Shown: positions 29,293 through 39,790, numbered from the stretch's first letter. The stretch: 64,000 nt of DNA from an uncultured Chlamydiae bacterium (GCA_963696295.1 CAVOJR010000002.1:1-64000); one strand, 5' to 3'. Notes: generated by a model from the sequence alone, not told the origin. Numbers and translations: made by a program.

Positions 29293-31725
29293 ATGTCTTC
29301 TATTCAATTTTTTGACTCCGTTTACTATGATGGCAATCGATGTAAGAACCTCATTGAGGATTATTTTTACATCCCCAAAGTTTCGGAATATTTCGGTTTT
29401 CGCAAGGTTGCCTATCGCGCGTCGAATAAAGATTATTATACACCTGCGGAAATTTCCCTACCCATCATCTTAAAGACAATAGTAAAAATTGTTTCTTATG
29501 CAACAATCATTTTCCCCATCATAATGGCTGCTGCCCGGCAACTTACGCGACGTGATCTGCCTCCCCTACCTCCAAAAATGCAATTACCTGGTATGAATTC
29601 GCCAGCAAAGGGGACGGCTTCGGCCATTTCTCGCAAGAATGTCTCTCTCGTACAGAATCATCAACCAGCTGATGGAAGCAAGGTTTATGCTGCAGCGCAG
29701 AGCATGATGAAACACGGCTTGCGCCGGGTCCTTCATCCCTTTGCCGAACTTGATGTGGGCATCTTTGCCTTGCATGAAGTGATAAGACAGATTGAGCAGG
29801 AAGATATCTGCGAGTTGGCCCAAAAAGCCAAGAATGAGGTCTTTTCGGGACTTGTTCTTTCTCTAATTGACGCAGTCAAACAGAATCCGCTTATTCTCAA
29901 AAAAGCGATCGTCATCCTGCCCTCTTCCAAAATGGAAACAACAGAAGCCAAATGCTTTCTTTCGGCTCTCGCAAGCCTCCCGTTGCAACAAAAAGAGCTT
30001 GACCAACTTCTCTGTGATGCTTGTGAAACCGGTAATCTGCCTCTCATCAGGCACCTTCTTTCTCGCGGTGCAAATCCCAACGCGATCTCGGAAAAAAACA
30101 AGGAAACTCCGCTCCACTGCGCTGCCGGTCACGGGCACGCAGACGTCGTATCTCTCCTTCTTACAAAAGAAGTTGAACTCGAAGCTAAAGACGTATGTGA
30201 CTGTACTCCGCTGCACCAGGCAAGCCTTAGGGGACATGTTGAAGTCGTCTCTCTCCTTCTTGATAAGGGGGCAAACGTTAATGCCAGAGACAGGGCGAAT
30301 GGGACTCCGCTTCATTGGGCAAGCAATACAAAGATCATCTCTTTGCTTCTTGGTAGAGGAGCTGATATCGAAGCAAGAGATAGAAACGGCTTTACTCCAT
30401 TAGTTAGTGCAATCTTGAAGTGTGCCTTCCAAAGAGAGTATACGCAAGCCGCCTTAGCGCTCATCGAAAACGGGGCGAATGTTAGATCTATCGATGATGA
30501 AGGACAAACAGCTTTGCACCATGCAAGCGAAAAGGGGCTCATAGGGATCGTTTCTCTGCTACTTGAAAAAAGAGCCGACGTCAACGTAAGAGACCATGTT
30601 GGGCGCACTCCTTTGCAATATGCAACGAACGAAGAGGTCATCTCTTTGCTGCGCCAAAATGGTGGAGCCGGTGCATTAGATCCACGGGAAGCTCTCATCG
30701 ACTCTGTCCGTATTGGCGGAGAAGCAGGCCATAATGCCCTCCGAGAACTTGCAGCGGCCTCCCGCAACCGTCTGTCCTTTGTCGCTTTAGAAGGAGCCTA
30801 TGAAATTGCCAAAGGAAAAAACGACTTAGTAGCTGCGCAACTGATCAAGGACCTTATCAACGCCCTCTATTCCAATGATCCGGATGAATCAAAACGACTA
30901 CCCAAGGACATCGTCGACGTAATAATTCTTCTTCAGACAACTGCTAAGCCATCGGGGTATCGTCCTCTTGGCGATCTGCCTCAACGTGCCGGGTGGAAAC
31001 ACCTTTCCCAAGATGAGCTAGATGAAATGGCGTCGGATACAGCACTCTCCGGCCTCCCGTTAGGTTTGGTCATATTTCCATCGGAAGCCGAATTCTTTAA
31101 TGAGCTTACGATCGTACCAGACGATCATCCCAACCTCTCCCTTCAAGAAATTCGCCGGACTGAAGCGCTCCTTTTTTACAAACTCTATTTGCGAATCATC
31201 ACGAACATGACACGGATCCAGATTCCTATCGAAGATGAATTTCACACGGTAGTGTCCAAGCAACTGCGTACAATGATGTCAACACCTTCGGGAAGATGGC
31301 TTCTTCTTTTCACATGCCGTCGAACAAGAAACATTTCTTTCCTAAGGGGTGGGGAATCTAGGCAATTAGGGGACATGGTCCTACTCAATCCTAAGCCCAA
31401 AGAATATCTCTCTCTCGACAAAGAAGGCAAGCCGACCCGCTACACCGAAACCGAACCCGACCGCCCTCTTTTTCATGAATTGGCCCATGCTCTGCATTAT
31501 CAAGAAAACGCTGACCTTTGCAGCGTTCTCCATCGTCTTAAACCTTCAGATCCCTATTATACCAATCTCTTGGAGCAATTAGCGATTACAGGACTTCCAA
31601 AAGATTGCACCCATTTAGGTTTAAGCGGATTGAGCGAAAACGTGTATCTCTATGAACGAAACGCGGTTGTTCAAGGCCGATATTTCTACCCTGCGCGATA
31701 CGGCCATAGTTTTTATTGTCCATAG
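29293..31725 (+). CDS. Ankyrin-repeat protein with a chlamydial DUF648-like N-terminus and a C-terminal zinc metalloprotease (M91/NleD-like)
   Basis: KIVSYATIIFPIIM N-terminal motif; several TPLH/TALH ankyrin repeats; LFHELAHALH...EQLAITGL...SEN..RYGH. Confidence 0.8.
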   Translation: MSSIQFFDSVYYDGNRCKNLIEDYFYIPKVSEYFGFRKVAYRASNKDYYTPAEISLPIILKTIVKIVSYATIIFPIIMAAARQLTRRDLPPLPPKMQLPGMNSPAKGTASAISRKNVSLVQNHQPADGSKVYAAAQSMMKHGLRRVLHPFAELDVGIFALHEVIRQIEQEDICELAQKAKNEVFSGLVLSLIDAVKQNPLILKKAIVILPSSKMETTEAKCFLSALASLPLQQKELDQLLCDACETGNLPLIRHLLSRGANPNAISEKNKETPLHCAAGHGHADVVSLLLTKEVELEAKDVCDCTPLHQASLRGHVEVVSLLLDKGANVNARDRANGTPLHWASNTKIISLLLGRGADIEARDRNGFTPLVSAILKCAFQREYTQAALALIENGANVRSIDDEGQTALHHASEKGLIGIVSLLLEKRADVNVRDHVGRTPLQYATNEEVISLLRQNGGAGALDPREALIDSVRIGGEAGHNALRELAAASRNRLSFVALEGAYEIAKGKNDLVAAQLIKDLINALYSNDPDESKRLPKDIVDVIILLQTTAKPSGYRPLGDLPQRAGWKHLSQDELDEMASDTALSGLPLGLVIFPSEAEFFNELTIVPDDHPNLSLQEIRRTEALLFYKLYLRIITNMTRIQIPIEDEFHTVVSKQLRTMMSTPSGRWLLLFTCRRTRNISFLRGGESRQLGDMVLLNPKPKEYLSLDKEGKPTRYTETEPDRPLFHELAHALHYQENADLCSVLHRLKPSDPYYTNLLEQLAITGLPKDCTHLGLSGLSENVYLYERNAVVQGRYFYPARYGHSFYCP

Positions 31726-32040
31726 TCTGAAATAACGCACAAACTCTCCTTGTCTTAAGGGCCTCCAAAGAGGCGGCATAACCACCCATCCTCAGGATGT
31801 TTATTGCGCGATCACGACTTGCCATTCGTTATTTTACCGCGCAAAAGAGGTCCATTTTTACGAAATGGAAGAGTATTTTGAGTAACAATCTGCAACGAAA
31901 CAGAAAAGCAAACTGAAAGCTTCAAAAATAGACTCGTTTGGAAAGGGAACTATGAGGAAATTAAGAAGGTTTTGGAAGAGCTTGCATATAATATGCCTAT
32001 TTGAGCATAATAAATTTAGAAGGACTTAGGAATACCTTTA

Positions 32041-32322
32041 ATGAAACGACTATTCTGGATTGGCTCAAGTCTTGAAGACGCATGGATTATATCTAGCTCA
32101 AATGGGTGATCGCCATATTCATGCAAAGACGTTAAGTGGGCTGGAAAGCGCGAAAATTATTGAGATTCGAGAAAGAGACAGATCTGGAATGTGCTGCATG
32201 CGTTCCAGAAAAAATCGAAAAGCGGCATTGCAACACCAAAGCAAGATATTGATTTAATTAAGCAACGCTTGAAAGAGGCTGAGTCCCGATATAAAGAGTT
32301 AAAAGAGGGGGAATTATCATGA
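32041..32322 (+). pseudogene. Degraded RelE/ParE-family (Gp49/DUF891-like) toxin
   Basis: Pieces MKRLFWIGSSLED / LAQMGDRHIHAK / VLHAFQKKSKSGIATPKQDIDLIKQRLK spread across frames. Confidence 0.75.
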
Positions 32323-32669
32323 AGAAAAAGATTGTGTGCGAAGAAAGCTCCGGAAACGTCTTTGCAGATTTAGGCGTTGACAATCCAGAAGAGGCTTTAG
32401 CTAAATCCGAGCTTGCTCGTCAAATAGCTAAACTCATCAAGAAGAAAAAGCTTACTCAGAAACAGGCTGCTGAAATTTTAGGGATAGATCAACCAAAAAT
32501 CTCAGCTTTAATACGTGGAAAGTTACGTAGCTTTTCATTAGAACGGCTAATTAGATTTCTTAATGACCTGGGTCAAGATGTTAGTATTATGATTAGTCCT
32601 GCAAAATCACAATCAAAACGTGGTCATATGTGGATTAGTGAATCCACACAAAAACGAATAAGCATTTAA
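32319..32669 (+). CDS. XRE-family HTH antitoxin (HigA-like)
   Basis: ESSGNVFADLG...LTQKQAAEILGIDQPKISAL..FSLERL. Confidence 0.9.
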   Translation: MKKKIVCEESSGNVFADLGVDNPEEALAKSELARQIAKLIKKKKLTQKQAAEILGIDQPKISALIRGKLRSFSLERLIRFLNDLGQDVSIMISPAKSQSKRGHMWISESTQKRISI

Positions 32670-32861
32670 TAAAATAGCTCATTAACTTCTCCCGCTAAAC
32701 ACATCAAAACTCTTCTCGGATTTAGCGCCTCCTGCGCCGACTTTGTACGACCTGAATCGGGATACTTCTCATGAGCATTTTGACATAAAGGCATGATTTT
32801 TAGTGCCATTTATTATCATAGCAGATAAAATGTTTGTTTTTTCTAAACAGGAAGAGGTAAA

Positions 32862-35039
32862 ATGGCTACTATTAACAACGCTTATTCACACCCGTTAGTG
32901 TCTTATCAGGCCGGCCCTATAATAACGGATTCATTTGTTAGCAAAATTCTCGAAGTTTTTGTCACTACATTGATAACGAAATCGAAAGATGATAAAGTTT
33001 ATTATTATAAAAACGATGAAGTTTTTACCGTTACTGCAAAAGGGAAAAAGGTTGAGCTTGGATGGGATAAACAAACACGCCATTGGTACACCGATCATAA
33101 AATATGCTGGGTAATGAACAATTTTCTTAAAAAATTCCCGTCGCTGACTGGCAAAGAATTAAAAAATCTGGACAAAGCAACCCTATCATCCATAGAAAGC
33201 TATTTAGTCGGGGCTCCAGACTTTCTGAGACACTTGAGATTTAGCCCCCCTGTTTTCGAATGCCAATACGAATTTTCCAAACCTTTTGCCCTCAAAGAGC
33301 GAAACATTGCCATTCCCGGCAAGAATGTTTTGGGAATTTCTATAAATAACTTGAATCAATTGTTTGCAGACTTGTTAAAAGACAATAAAGGTGTCTTTGT
33401 GGGGGTTGAATACTCCCAACTGGAAACGAAAGTCGGCATATTAAATGGACAAATGGAGTCTCTTAAGAAGGCTAATGTCAAGCATATATATATCGGTTTA
33501 CCTGCCACCATGTATCCCGAATTTGAAGATTATAACCTCAACCCCAAGGCTAGTGAAGAAGATTTATTCGCAACTATAAAAAAGACGGAACATGGGTCTG
33601 GCGAGGCTACCATGAGCCTTTGTAGAGCAGCGAAAAAACAGGGGATTCATATTTGGCCAGTAGATAGCAATTACATGACTAATATTTTGGCAGAGAGATT
33701 AAAGTATGGTGCCGGTTCGATGATCCGTAATATTGATTATTTTTCCGGTCAATTAAAACCGGAAGAGAAATATATCGCCATCCTTAGCCAACCATTCCAT
33801 CAAGTAGCTCGGGAATTGGGCCTCCCTAACGTGCAATTTGGCCAGAAACTTCCATCAAGCAACAGCGAAGATGACGATGTCAATGACATTATGGCCCATT
33901 TATTTACAAGGGCGATATTATCAGACCATATGGCTCCCGAAAAATCCTCATTCCTAAATTATTTATATGGTTTACAGTTTACCAGCAAGCAGCGCAATGA
34001 AATGAAAGGAGCGCCGGATTTTATTATCTCCTTTAAAGACAGTGAAATGAGCCGGTCTGAAACGCGAAATGTAGCGGGGAAGCTAGTCACCAACTGGCAT
34101 GGCATGCAAAATATTAATAACTCTTGCTACATTGCCTCTGCCATCCAAGCCATAAGTGCTTCATCATTCCTGAAAACTCGCATTGCGCTTCCCCTCGTGA
34201 GAGGAGCTGAAGAATCGGAGTCACACTTCTCAGAAAGAGAAAAGGTGCAAAAAGCGCTGATAACTCTTCTTAATGCATTGGAAAATGGCAAAGAGCTGCC
34301 AAAGCATTTACGCAATTTCCGGTCTGCGCTTTTCGCGAATAAAACACTCAATTCCGATTTAAGCCTCTACGGCGAGTACCAACAAGAGGGCGTCTTTAAT
34401 CGCGATCTTATGAAAAGAGTTTCTCCCCTTAATGCCCAGCAAGATGCCGCTCAGCTGATGCAGCTTATCTTTGAGGTGCTCGACCTTAACGTCTACCAGC
34501 AAGAACTCTGGTATGGGGAAAATGAAGTGGTAGGGCAGCCGCCCATCACCGCCGAAAAAATGATCGAACTGCCCCTTTCAGGTTCCTCTCTGCAAGATAT
34601 TCTCAATCAGCGGTTTCAAAGAAACCAGGCCGCTCCCGGTCAATACATCGAAGTTGGAGACTCCAAGGTGTGCAAAGTGGAAGAGGAGTCCCGCATTTTG
34701 GGCACCCCCGAAATACTCGTCGTGCGCCTAAAGCGCTTTGGGTGGGATCAGCAGAGTAGCTGCCCTCTCAAAAACTGCGCGCTTGTGGCTCTCCCTGCAA
34801 ACCTGGAGGTGGATCTCTCCGCTGCTTTTAAATCAGAAGAACCCCAACCGTATCGCATCGCAAGTATTATCAGCCACTCCGGCAACACCCTCTTTAGCGG
34901 CCACTATATAGCCCATATCCGCCAAGGCAATGAGTGGGTAACCTGCGACGACGACTCAGTGTACCACTCCAACTCGGATACCATCAACGATAACGACCTC
35001 TTCCAAAACTATCTGTTCATCCTCGAGCGCAAAAATTAA
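32862..35039 (+). CDS. Ubiquitin-specific protease (USP/C19) domain effector
   Basis: Cys box GMQNINNSCY, QQDA, LVVRLKRF, His box HSGNTLFSGHY, W..CDD. Confidence 0.85.
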   Translation: MATINNAYSHPLVSYQAGPIITDSFVSKILEVFVTTLITKSKDDKVYYYKNDEVFTVTAKGKKVELGWDKQTRHWYTDHKICWVMNNFLKKFPSLTGKELKNLDKATLSSIESYLVGAPDFLRHLRFSPPVFECQYEFSKPFALKERNIAIPGKNVLGISINNLNQLFADLLKDNKGVFVGVEYSQLETKVGILNGQMESLKKANVKHIYIGLPATMYPEFEDYNLNPKASEEDLFATIKKTEHGSGEATMSLCRAAKKQGIHIWPVDSNYMTNILAERLKYGAGSMIRNIDYFSGQLKPEEKYIAILSQPFHQVARELGLPNVQFGQKLPSSNSEDDDVNDIMAHLFTRAILSDHMAPEKSSFLNYLYGLQFTSKQRNEMKGAPDFIISFKDSEMSRSETRNVAGKLVTNWHGMQNINNSCYIASAIQAISASSFLKTRIALPLVRGAEESESHFSEREKVQKALITLLNALENGKELPKHLRNFRSALFANKTLNSDLSLYGEYQQEGVFNRDLMKRVSPLNAQQDAAQLMQLIFEVLDLNVYQQELWYGENEVVGQPPITAEKMIELPLSGSSLQDILNQRFQRNQAAPGQYIEVGDSKVCKVEEESRILGTPEILVVRLKRFGWDQQSSCPLKNCALVALPANLEVDLSAAFKSEEPQPYRIASIISHSGNTLFSGHYIAHIRQGNEWVTCDDDSVYHSNSDTINDNDLFQNYLFILERKN

Positions 35040-35047
35040 ATCGAATA

Positions 35048-35072
35048 AGGCAGTCACTTGCTGTGACTGCCT
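35048..35072 (+). terminator. Hairpin downstream of the USP gene
   Basis: AGGCAGTCAC-TTGCT-GTGACTGCCT perfect 10-bp stem. Confidence 0.5.
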
Positions 35073-35235
35073 CCTCGCATCAGGCGACTAGAAAGTAGAA
35101 TCGATGGCATGACAATCATGGGCTTGCTGTCAGTACTTAGTCGGGTCTAAAGCCGGAAATTGCGCTTCCCGATTTTACAGTATTTTTTGAGGACTCGCCA
35201 TCAGATCAGAAAAAACAGCCGCGTCGATTCGATCT

Positions 35236-35883
35236 GTGGCATCGTCATTTGTCGAAGGCTTTGAGTTTTTCGACGATACAGCCGACCCATTTTCGATAAG
35301 GAATTGGGTGAAGCAGGAAGGCCCTGGCTGGTTATTCCTTGCTTGCAGCCCCAAGCAAAGAACTGTTATGCGGCCGCTGTTAAGCAGCTGGGTCTCCATC
35401 GTCACAAGATCCCTATTCGAGTTAAGTCCCTCTTTGGATAGGCGCATTTGGTTTGTTTTAGACGAGCTCCCAAGCATGCAAAGAATTAAAGACCTTGAGC
35501 TATTCCTTACAGAGTCTAGAAAATACGGCGGTTGCGGTCTAATCTCTTTGCAAAGCCCCTCACAGCTTGAGTCTATCTATGGCAGAGCTGTAACAGAAAC
35601 GATCATTTCCAATTGCAATACCAAGATCGTCTTTTCGGAAAAAACACCGAACATTGCAGAAGAGATCTCCCGTTCATTCGGGAAAAAAGTTAGCAAAGAA
35701 TTTTCTGAAGGCATATCGTATGGGGCTAACGATGTCAGGGACGGTGTCAACCTCTCCTCTCATTAAAAAGAGTCGCAATGCGTATCAGCCACGCAAATAC
35801 AATCCCTTAGCAAAAATACAGCCTATGTGAATCTCCCCGAAAACATGCCGATCGTAAAAATCAAGATGAAAATCGCCAAGTAA
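35236..35883 (+). pseudogene. traD: C-terminal fragment of an F-type conjugative coupling protein TraD
   Basis: FSIRNWV, WFVLDELPSMQ, ESRKYGGC, ISYGANDVRDGV; in-frame stop at 35764 then VSATQIQSL..AYVNLP; N-terminus missing. Confidence 0.8.
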
Positions 35884-36010
35884 GTGAAGGTTCAGATGCA
35901 AGCGAATACAGATAAAATTGCTAAAACTGAGAAAAGGCTGAAAATGTCTTTACCGAAGGGCAATCATCTCCAATTCAGCCTCAAACCAAAAGAGGTTCTT
36001 TCGGATAATC

Positions 36011-37264
36011 TTGGGTTTTATCCGATTATTCATAAAAACAAGTAACAATAGGAGCATAAATATGTTTAATTTTTGTCGTAGTATTTTTTTTATATGTATG
36101 TTAATTTATTCACATTCTTTAAAAGCTGCAGAATATAAAGTTTCGTTGGTAGGTACTGAAGGAATTTCAAACGCATCATTTTCAGGAACATCCATTAATG
36201 ATAATGGGCAGGTATTTGGCACAATTGGTAGAGAATATAAATATTCTGTTTATATTTCCGATCCAAAAAATGGTCTATCCCTCTTTAGTGAAGATGATAT
36301 TTCGGGTAAGGTAAAGAAAAATTCAGATAAGGTAGATAAAACTACAGATGATGATGATTATATTTCAGTTAAAGAAGATAAATTTACAGCCAGGATAAAC
36401 CCATATGACGGACATCATCTTATATTCAACAATAACAATCAAATGCTTGTACATGGCAATTGGGGCGCGGCATGTTTGTGGAACCCCATTTCCGGGTTGC
36501 AATCAATCAATGTTTTCAACAATTCAGAAGTTCAAACCATAGATCTGAACGATTCGGGTCAGGTTATAGGTAAATCTAGGAAGGAATACAGTCAAGATGA
36601 TTTTCGGCCCTTCTTCTGGGATAATGGAGTTGCAATTGATATGGGACCAGGATCTGAATTTACGCAGAAATTTGAAGATCTAGGGTATCATGTAATGGAC
36701 ATCAAGTTAACTTCCCTTAATAATAAGGGGGAAATAACTGGCCACTTTACGTTTGGCAAATACAATGCTAAGCAGAAAAGATACGTAGAAATTGGGAAAA
36801 GACTGTATTTTTATTGGAACGGATCAATAAATATCATTCCTTTACAAACAAAAAATGAATTTTCTGATAATACTCTCAAAATGAAATTGAATAATACGGG
36901 CTCTGTCTTGATAAATAACGAATACAAGACATATCTTTGGAATATTGAAAACGGTTTACAAGAGATTCCTTATTTTTATGGATACGATTTTAATGATTCA
37001 AATGTTATCTTAGGAATATTAGATGATGATGATGATGAAGATAGATTGTATCCAGCGATTTGGAAAAAGGGTTCTTTTACAAAAATATCCGAATTGTTAG
37101 ACAAAAAAGATCTTTCTGACTTGGCTCCTGCCTATTCTGACTCTTTCGAAGTCGAAGAAATCAATGAAGTCTCGGGTATAAATAACAAGGGTCAGATCGT
37201 GGCAATGGGCCTCGTCTGGGGGGAATGGCATCCATGTATTATTGAACCAATCGAAGCCCAATGA
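36011..37264 (+). CDS. Secreted HAF-repeat-like beta-propeller protein (true start probably ATG at 36062)
   Basis: SINDNGQVFG, DLNDSGQVIG, SLNNKGEITG and GINNKGQIVA repeats; signal peptide; AGGAG RBS before 36062. Confidence 0.75.
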   Translation: MGFIRLFIKTSNNRSINMFNFCRSIFFICMLIYSHSLKAAEYKVSLVGTEGISNASFSGTSINDNGQVFGTIGREYKYSVYISDPKNGLSLFSEDDISGKVKKNSDKVDKTTDDDDYISVKEDKFTARINPYDGHHLIFNNNNQMLVHGNWGAACLWNPISGLQSINVFNNSEVQTIDLNDSGQVIGKSRKEYSQDDFRPFFWDNGVAIDMGPGSEFTQKFEDLGYHVMDIKLTSLNNKGEITGHFTFGKYNAKQKRYVEIGKRLYFYWNGSINIIPLQTKNEFSDNTLKMKLNNTGSVLINNEYKTYLWNIENGLQEIPYFYGYDFNDSNVILGILDDDDDEDRLYPAIWKKGSFTKISELLDKKDLSDLAPAYSDSFEVEEINEVSGINNKGQIVAMGLVWGEWHPCIIEPIEAQ

Positions 37265-37352
37265 ACCCAACCGTCATTCAGGCGGGAAATGAGGCCTTAA
37301 GGGAAAGGTCATTACCCGCTTGTTCTTCCTATCCTTTCACGCTATAATTATA

Positions 37353-38072
37353 TCAGCTTTTCCATTGTTTGCAACAAAGGGCAATTAGAACGAGGGGAAA
37401 AAGGGCCAGGGAAACTTTGCTTAAGTTTTGAGAAACGGGGTCAGGCTCTAACAAACCTCTCGCACCATAGTAAGCAAAGAAAAAAAAGACCGAAGTGACA
37501 TAAAAAGCACTGCGGCCGGCTGTAGAGGAGATTTTCAGGCAATCGCAAGCGCGCGGCATTTCAAAAGTCAAAATCCGGTAAATGCCCCAAATGACAAACA
37601 GCGTGCCGGGGATCACAACGAACCAAGGGGAAAGGCCGGTAGCAAAGTCAAAATTGTAAATATCATCTTTTTGGGCAAAGGATCGAATAGGGATATAGGA
37701 GAAAATCTCAGCCAGTTGAAAGAAAGTGAACCAATAGACAAAGGCAAACAACCAACGTTTACTTTGCAAGGCGGGAAGATTCATCAACTTTAAGCCCAAG
37801 AGAAATACGAGGACCTGGCACACCAAAGGGGCGATGGCAATAAAAGCCATTACCGAGGGTTTTCCATCCCGCAAAATTTGGTTGTAGGGAACAGCTTCAT
37901 CGATATCCCGTAGGGTGATCCATTTTTCCCCATAGTGAATAGCAAAAGGGTGGCTCTTATAGCCGGTTAGCCATGCTGCCGTTCCATGCACCCATTCATG
38001 GAAATAGATCATGCCATGATGAGCTATGAAAATGATCGCGATGAGAGCTAAAATGAAGGCTAATCGTTTCAT
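37353..38072 (-). CDS. Integral membrane protein with HEXXH (M50-like zinc peptidase)
   Basis: FHEWVHG adjacent to the first TM; about 6 hydrophobic segments. Confidence 0.6.
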   Translation of the reverse strand: MKRLAFILALIAIIFIAHHGMIYFHEWVHGTAAWLTGYKSHPFAIHYGEKWITLRDIDEAVPYNQILRDGKPSVMAFIAIAPLVCQVLVFLLGLKLMNLPALQSKRWLFAFVYWFTFFQLAEIFSYIPIRSFAQKDDIYNFDFATGLSPWFVVIPGTLFVIWGIYRILTFEMPRACDCLKISSTAGRSAFYVTSVFFFFAYYGARGLLEPDPVSQNLSKVSLALFPLVLIALCCKQWKS

Positions 38073-38168
38073 AGTCGTTTTGTAACAGGAATTCCTTGTT
38101 TAGTCAAGTCTTGTGGTTAGGTTAAAAAAGATCCAAAAAATTGGCCTTTAGGTTAAGCTGTTCTTAAA

Positions 38169-38601
38169 ATGAAAATCAATATTTATGAGGAAAACAAAGC
38201 GGTTCTCGCCTTAAACAACGGGACCCTATTTTACGGGCGATCAAGCGGCTGTAGCGGGACCGTGTGCGGGGAAATTGTTTTATCAGGAAATTTGTACAGA
38301 TCCTTCCTATGCCAACCAGATTGTTCTTTTTACCACGAGCCATGTGGGAAATGTGGGGACAAATAATGCAGATTATGAATCGGGCCAAACAGGGGCAAAG
38401 GGGATTATAACTCGCGAAATGTCAAAAACAAGCAGCAATTGGAGGAGCGAAAAAAGCTTTATTACTTTTTTGAAAGAGAATAAAGTGACTTGGATCGAGG
38501 GGATTGATACGCGGAAATTGACCAGGCACATCAGAAAAAATGGGACGCAAAAGGGCTGCATTATAGTGGGTGAAATTGACCCGGATTTAGCTAAAGTATA
38601 G
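38169..38601 (+). pseudogene. carA: Truncated, frameshifted carbamoyl-phosphate synthase small subunit
   Basis: AVLALNNGTLFYG..GEIV / YQEICTDPSYANQIV..HVGNVG..GIDTRKLTRHIR; the glutaminase domain is absent. Confidence 0.85.
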
Positions 38602-39342
38602 GAATTTCAATGAGGGGTTGCGGTCTGCTTTCCCTCGGGAAAGCAGACCGACCCCTCATTGAAATTCTCTTTCGTGCTCCTAAAAAAAAGTATAAATTCA
38701 CCAAATTTCTATCGCCTTTGATGTAAAATAGTCATTAGAAGTCAATTTTTGGGAAAAACTATTCTTGTTGACAATCTCATGCGGTGGATCGCAGCTTTCA
38801 TCAGTCATGTATTTCTAAGAAAGGAGGGTCCGGCCCTCTATCTTCTAGAAAATAGAATGCCTCTTCGGGGAATCCGTCTGCAGTTCCTGGTATTAATTGG
38901 CAGATCTCTTTATCAGAAAAGTTGTAGGGTGGATCAAAATCGGGAATTTCAATCGGCCAGCCGATTCCGCTTAAAATACGCCGGATATCAAGGGAGTTTG
39001 TGACAAAACCGGTAATTTTAATCTCCTTGCCACAGCTGCAAATTAGCGGATTTGTTTCATAAATACGAGCGATCAGCTTGGCCCAATTGAAAGAAACCCT
39101 TTCAATCTTCTCTACTATATCCCGAGCATCTTGAGATGAATTGATCCGTGGCTTTTTTATCGCAATTTTTTTCTTAATGGGGAGTTGGGAGCGAAAATAC
39201 CATGATAACGTCGTCGGTGACGTCGTGGATAGGGAATAAATTTAGAGATTCTTTCGATGAGTTCTAAAGGCTCAATCTGGACCGCGCATGATCTTACTTT
39301 TAGGCCGCGCACAGTCTCATTTTTATGTTGCCAAATACACAT
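38596..39342 (-). mobile_element. IS91-family (rolling-circle) element remnant with an oriIS-like end and hairpin
   Basis: PLELIERISKFIPYPRRHRRRYHGIFAPNS and WAKLIARIYETNPLIC transposase remnants; minus-strand end TTGAAATTCCTATAC; long inverted repeat at 38602..38667. Confidence 0.75.
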
Positions 39343-39614
39343 AGAGGATGAGTTCTTTGAATGGTTGAAAAGTCGGAAATCAATTTCAATGGATTAGAAA
39401 TCCCTTAAGCTGGAATAAGTTAGAAAAATGCCAAGACAATTATATCACCAATCGGCACTTTGTTGGTATTCTCGATCATTGAAAATTAAAAATTGTCTAA
39501 AATATTATAAGTTTGTGGACGGCTGAATTTTGTTGCGGTAGGGCGTCTATTAAATCGTTTGTGTTCCCATTAGGAGACGATAATTCTATAAATCGATTTA
39601 GGAGACAAAAAAAC

Positions 39615-39790
39615 ATGCGATTCTTTGGATATGCCAGGGTTTCAACAAGTCAACAATCACTCGACATACAGATTAAAGCAAGAAGTTGGTGTTAGTGAAA
39701 GCCGAATTTTTCCGACAAAGCCAAGGGCAGTCATGCACAACGAGAGGGGCTGACGCTGTTACGCATGAAAGTTGAAGAAGGGGACATGGA
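39615..39790 (+). pseudogene. tnpR: N-terminal fragment of a Tn3/gamma-delta-type resolvase
   Basis: MRFFGYARVSTSQQSLDIQIKA, then frameshifted DKAKGS..REGLTLLRMKVEEGD. Confidence 0.8.
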
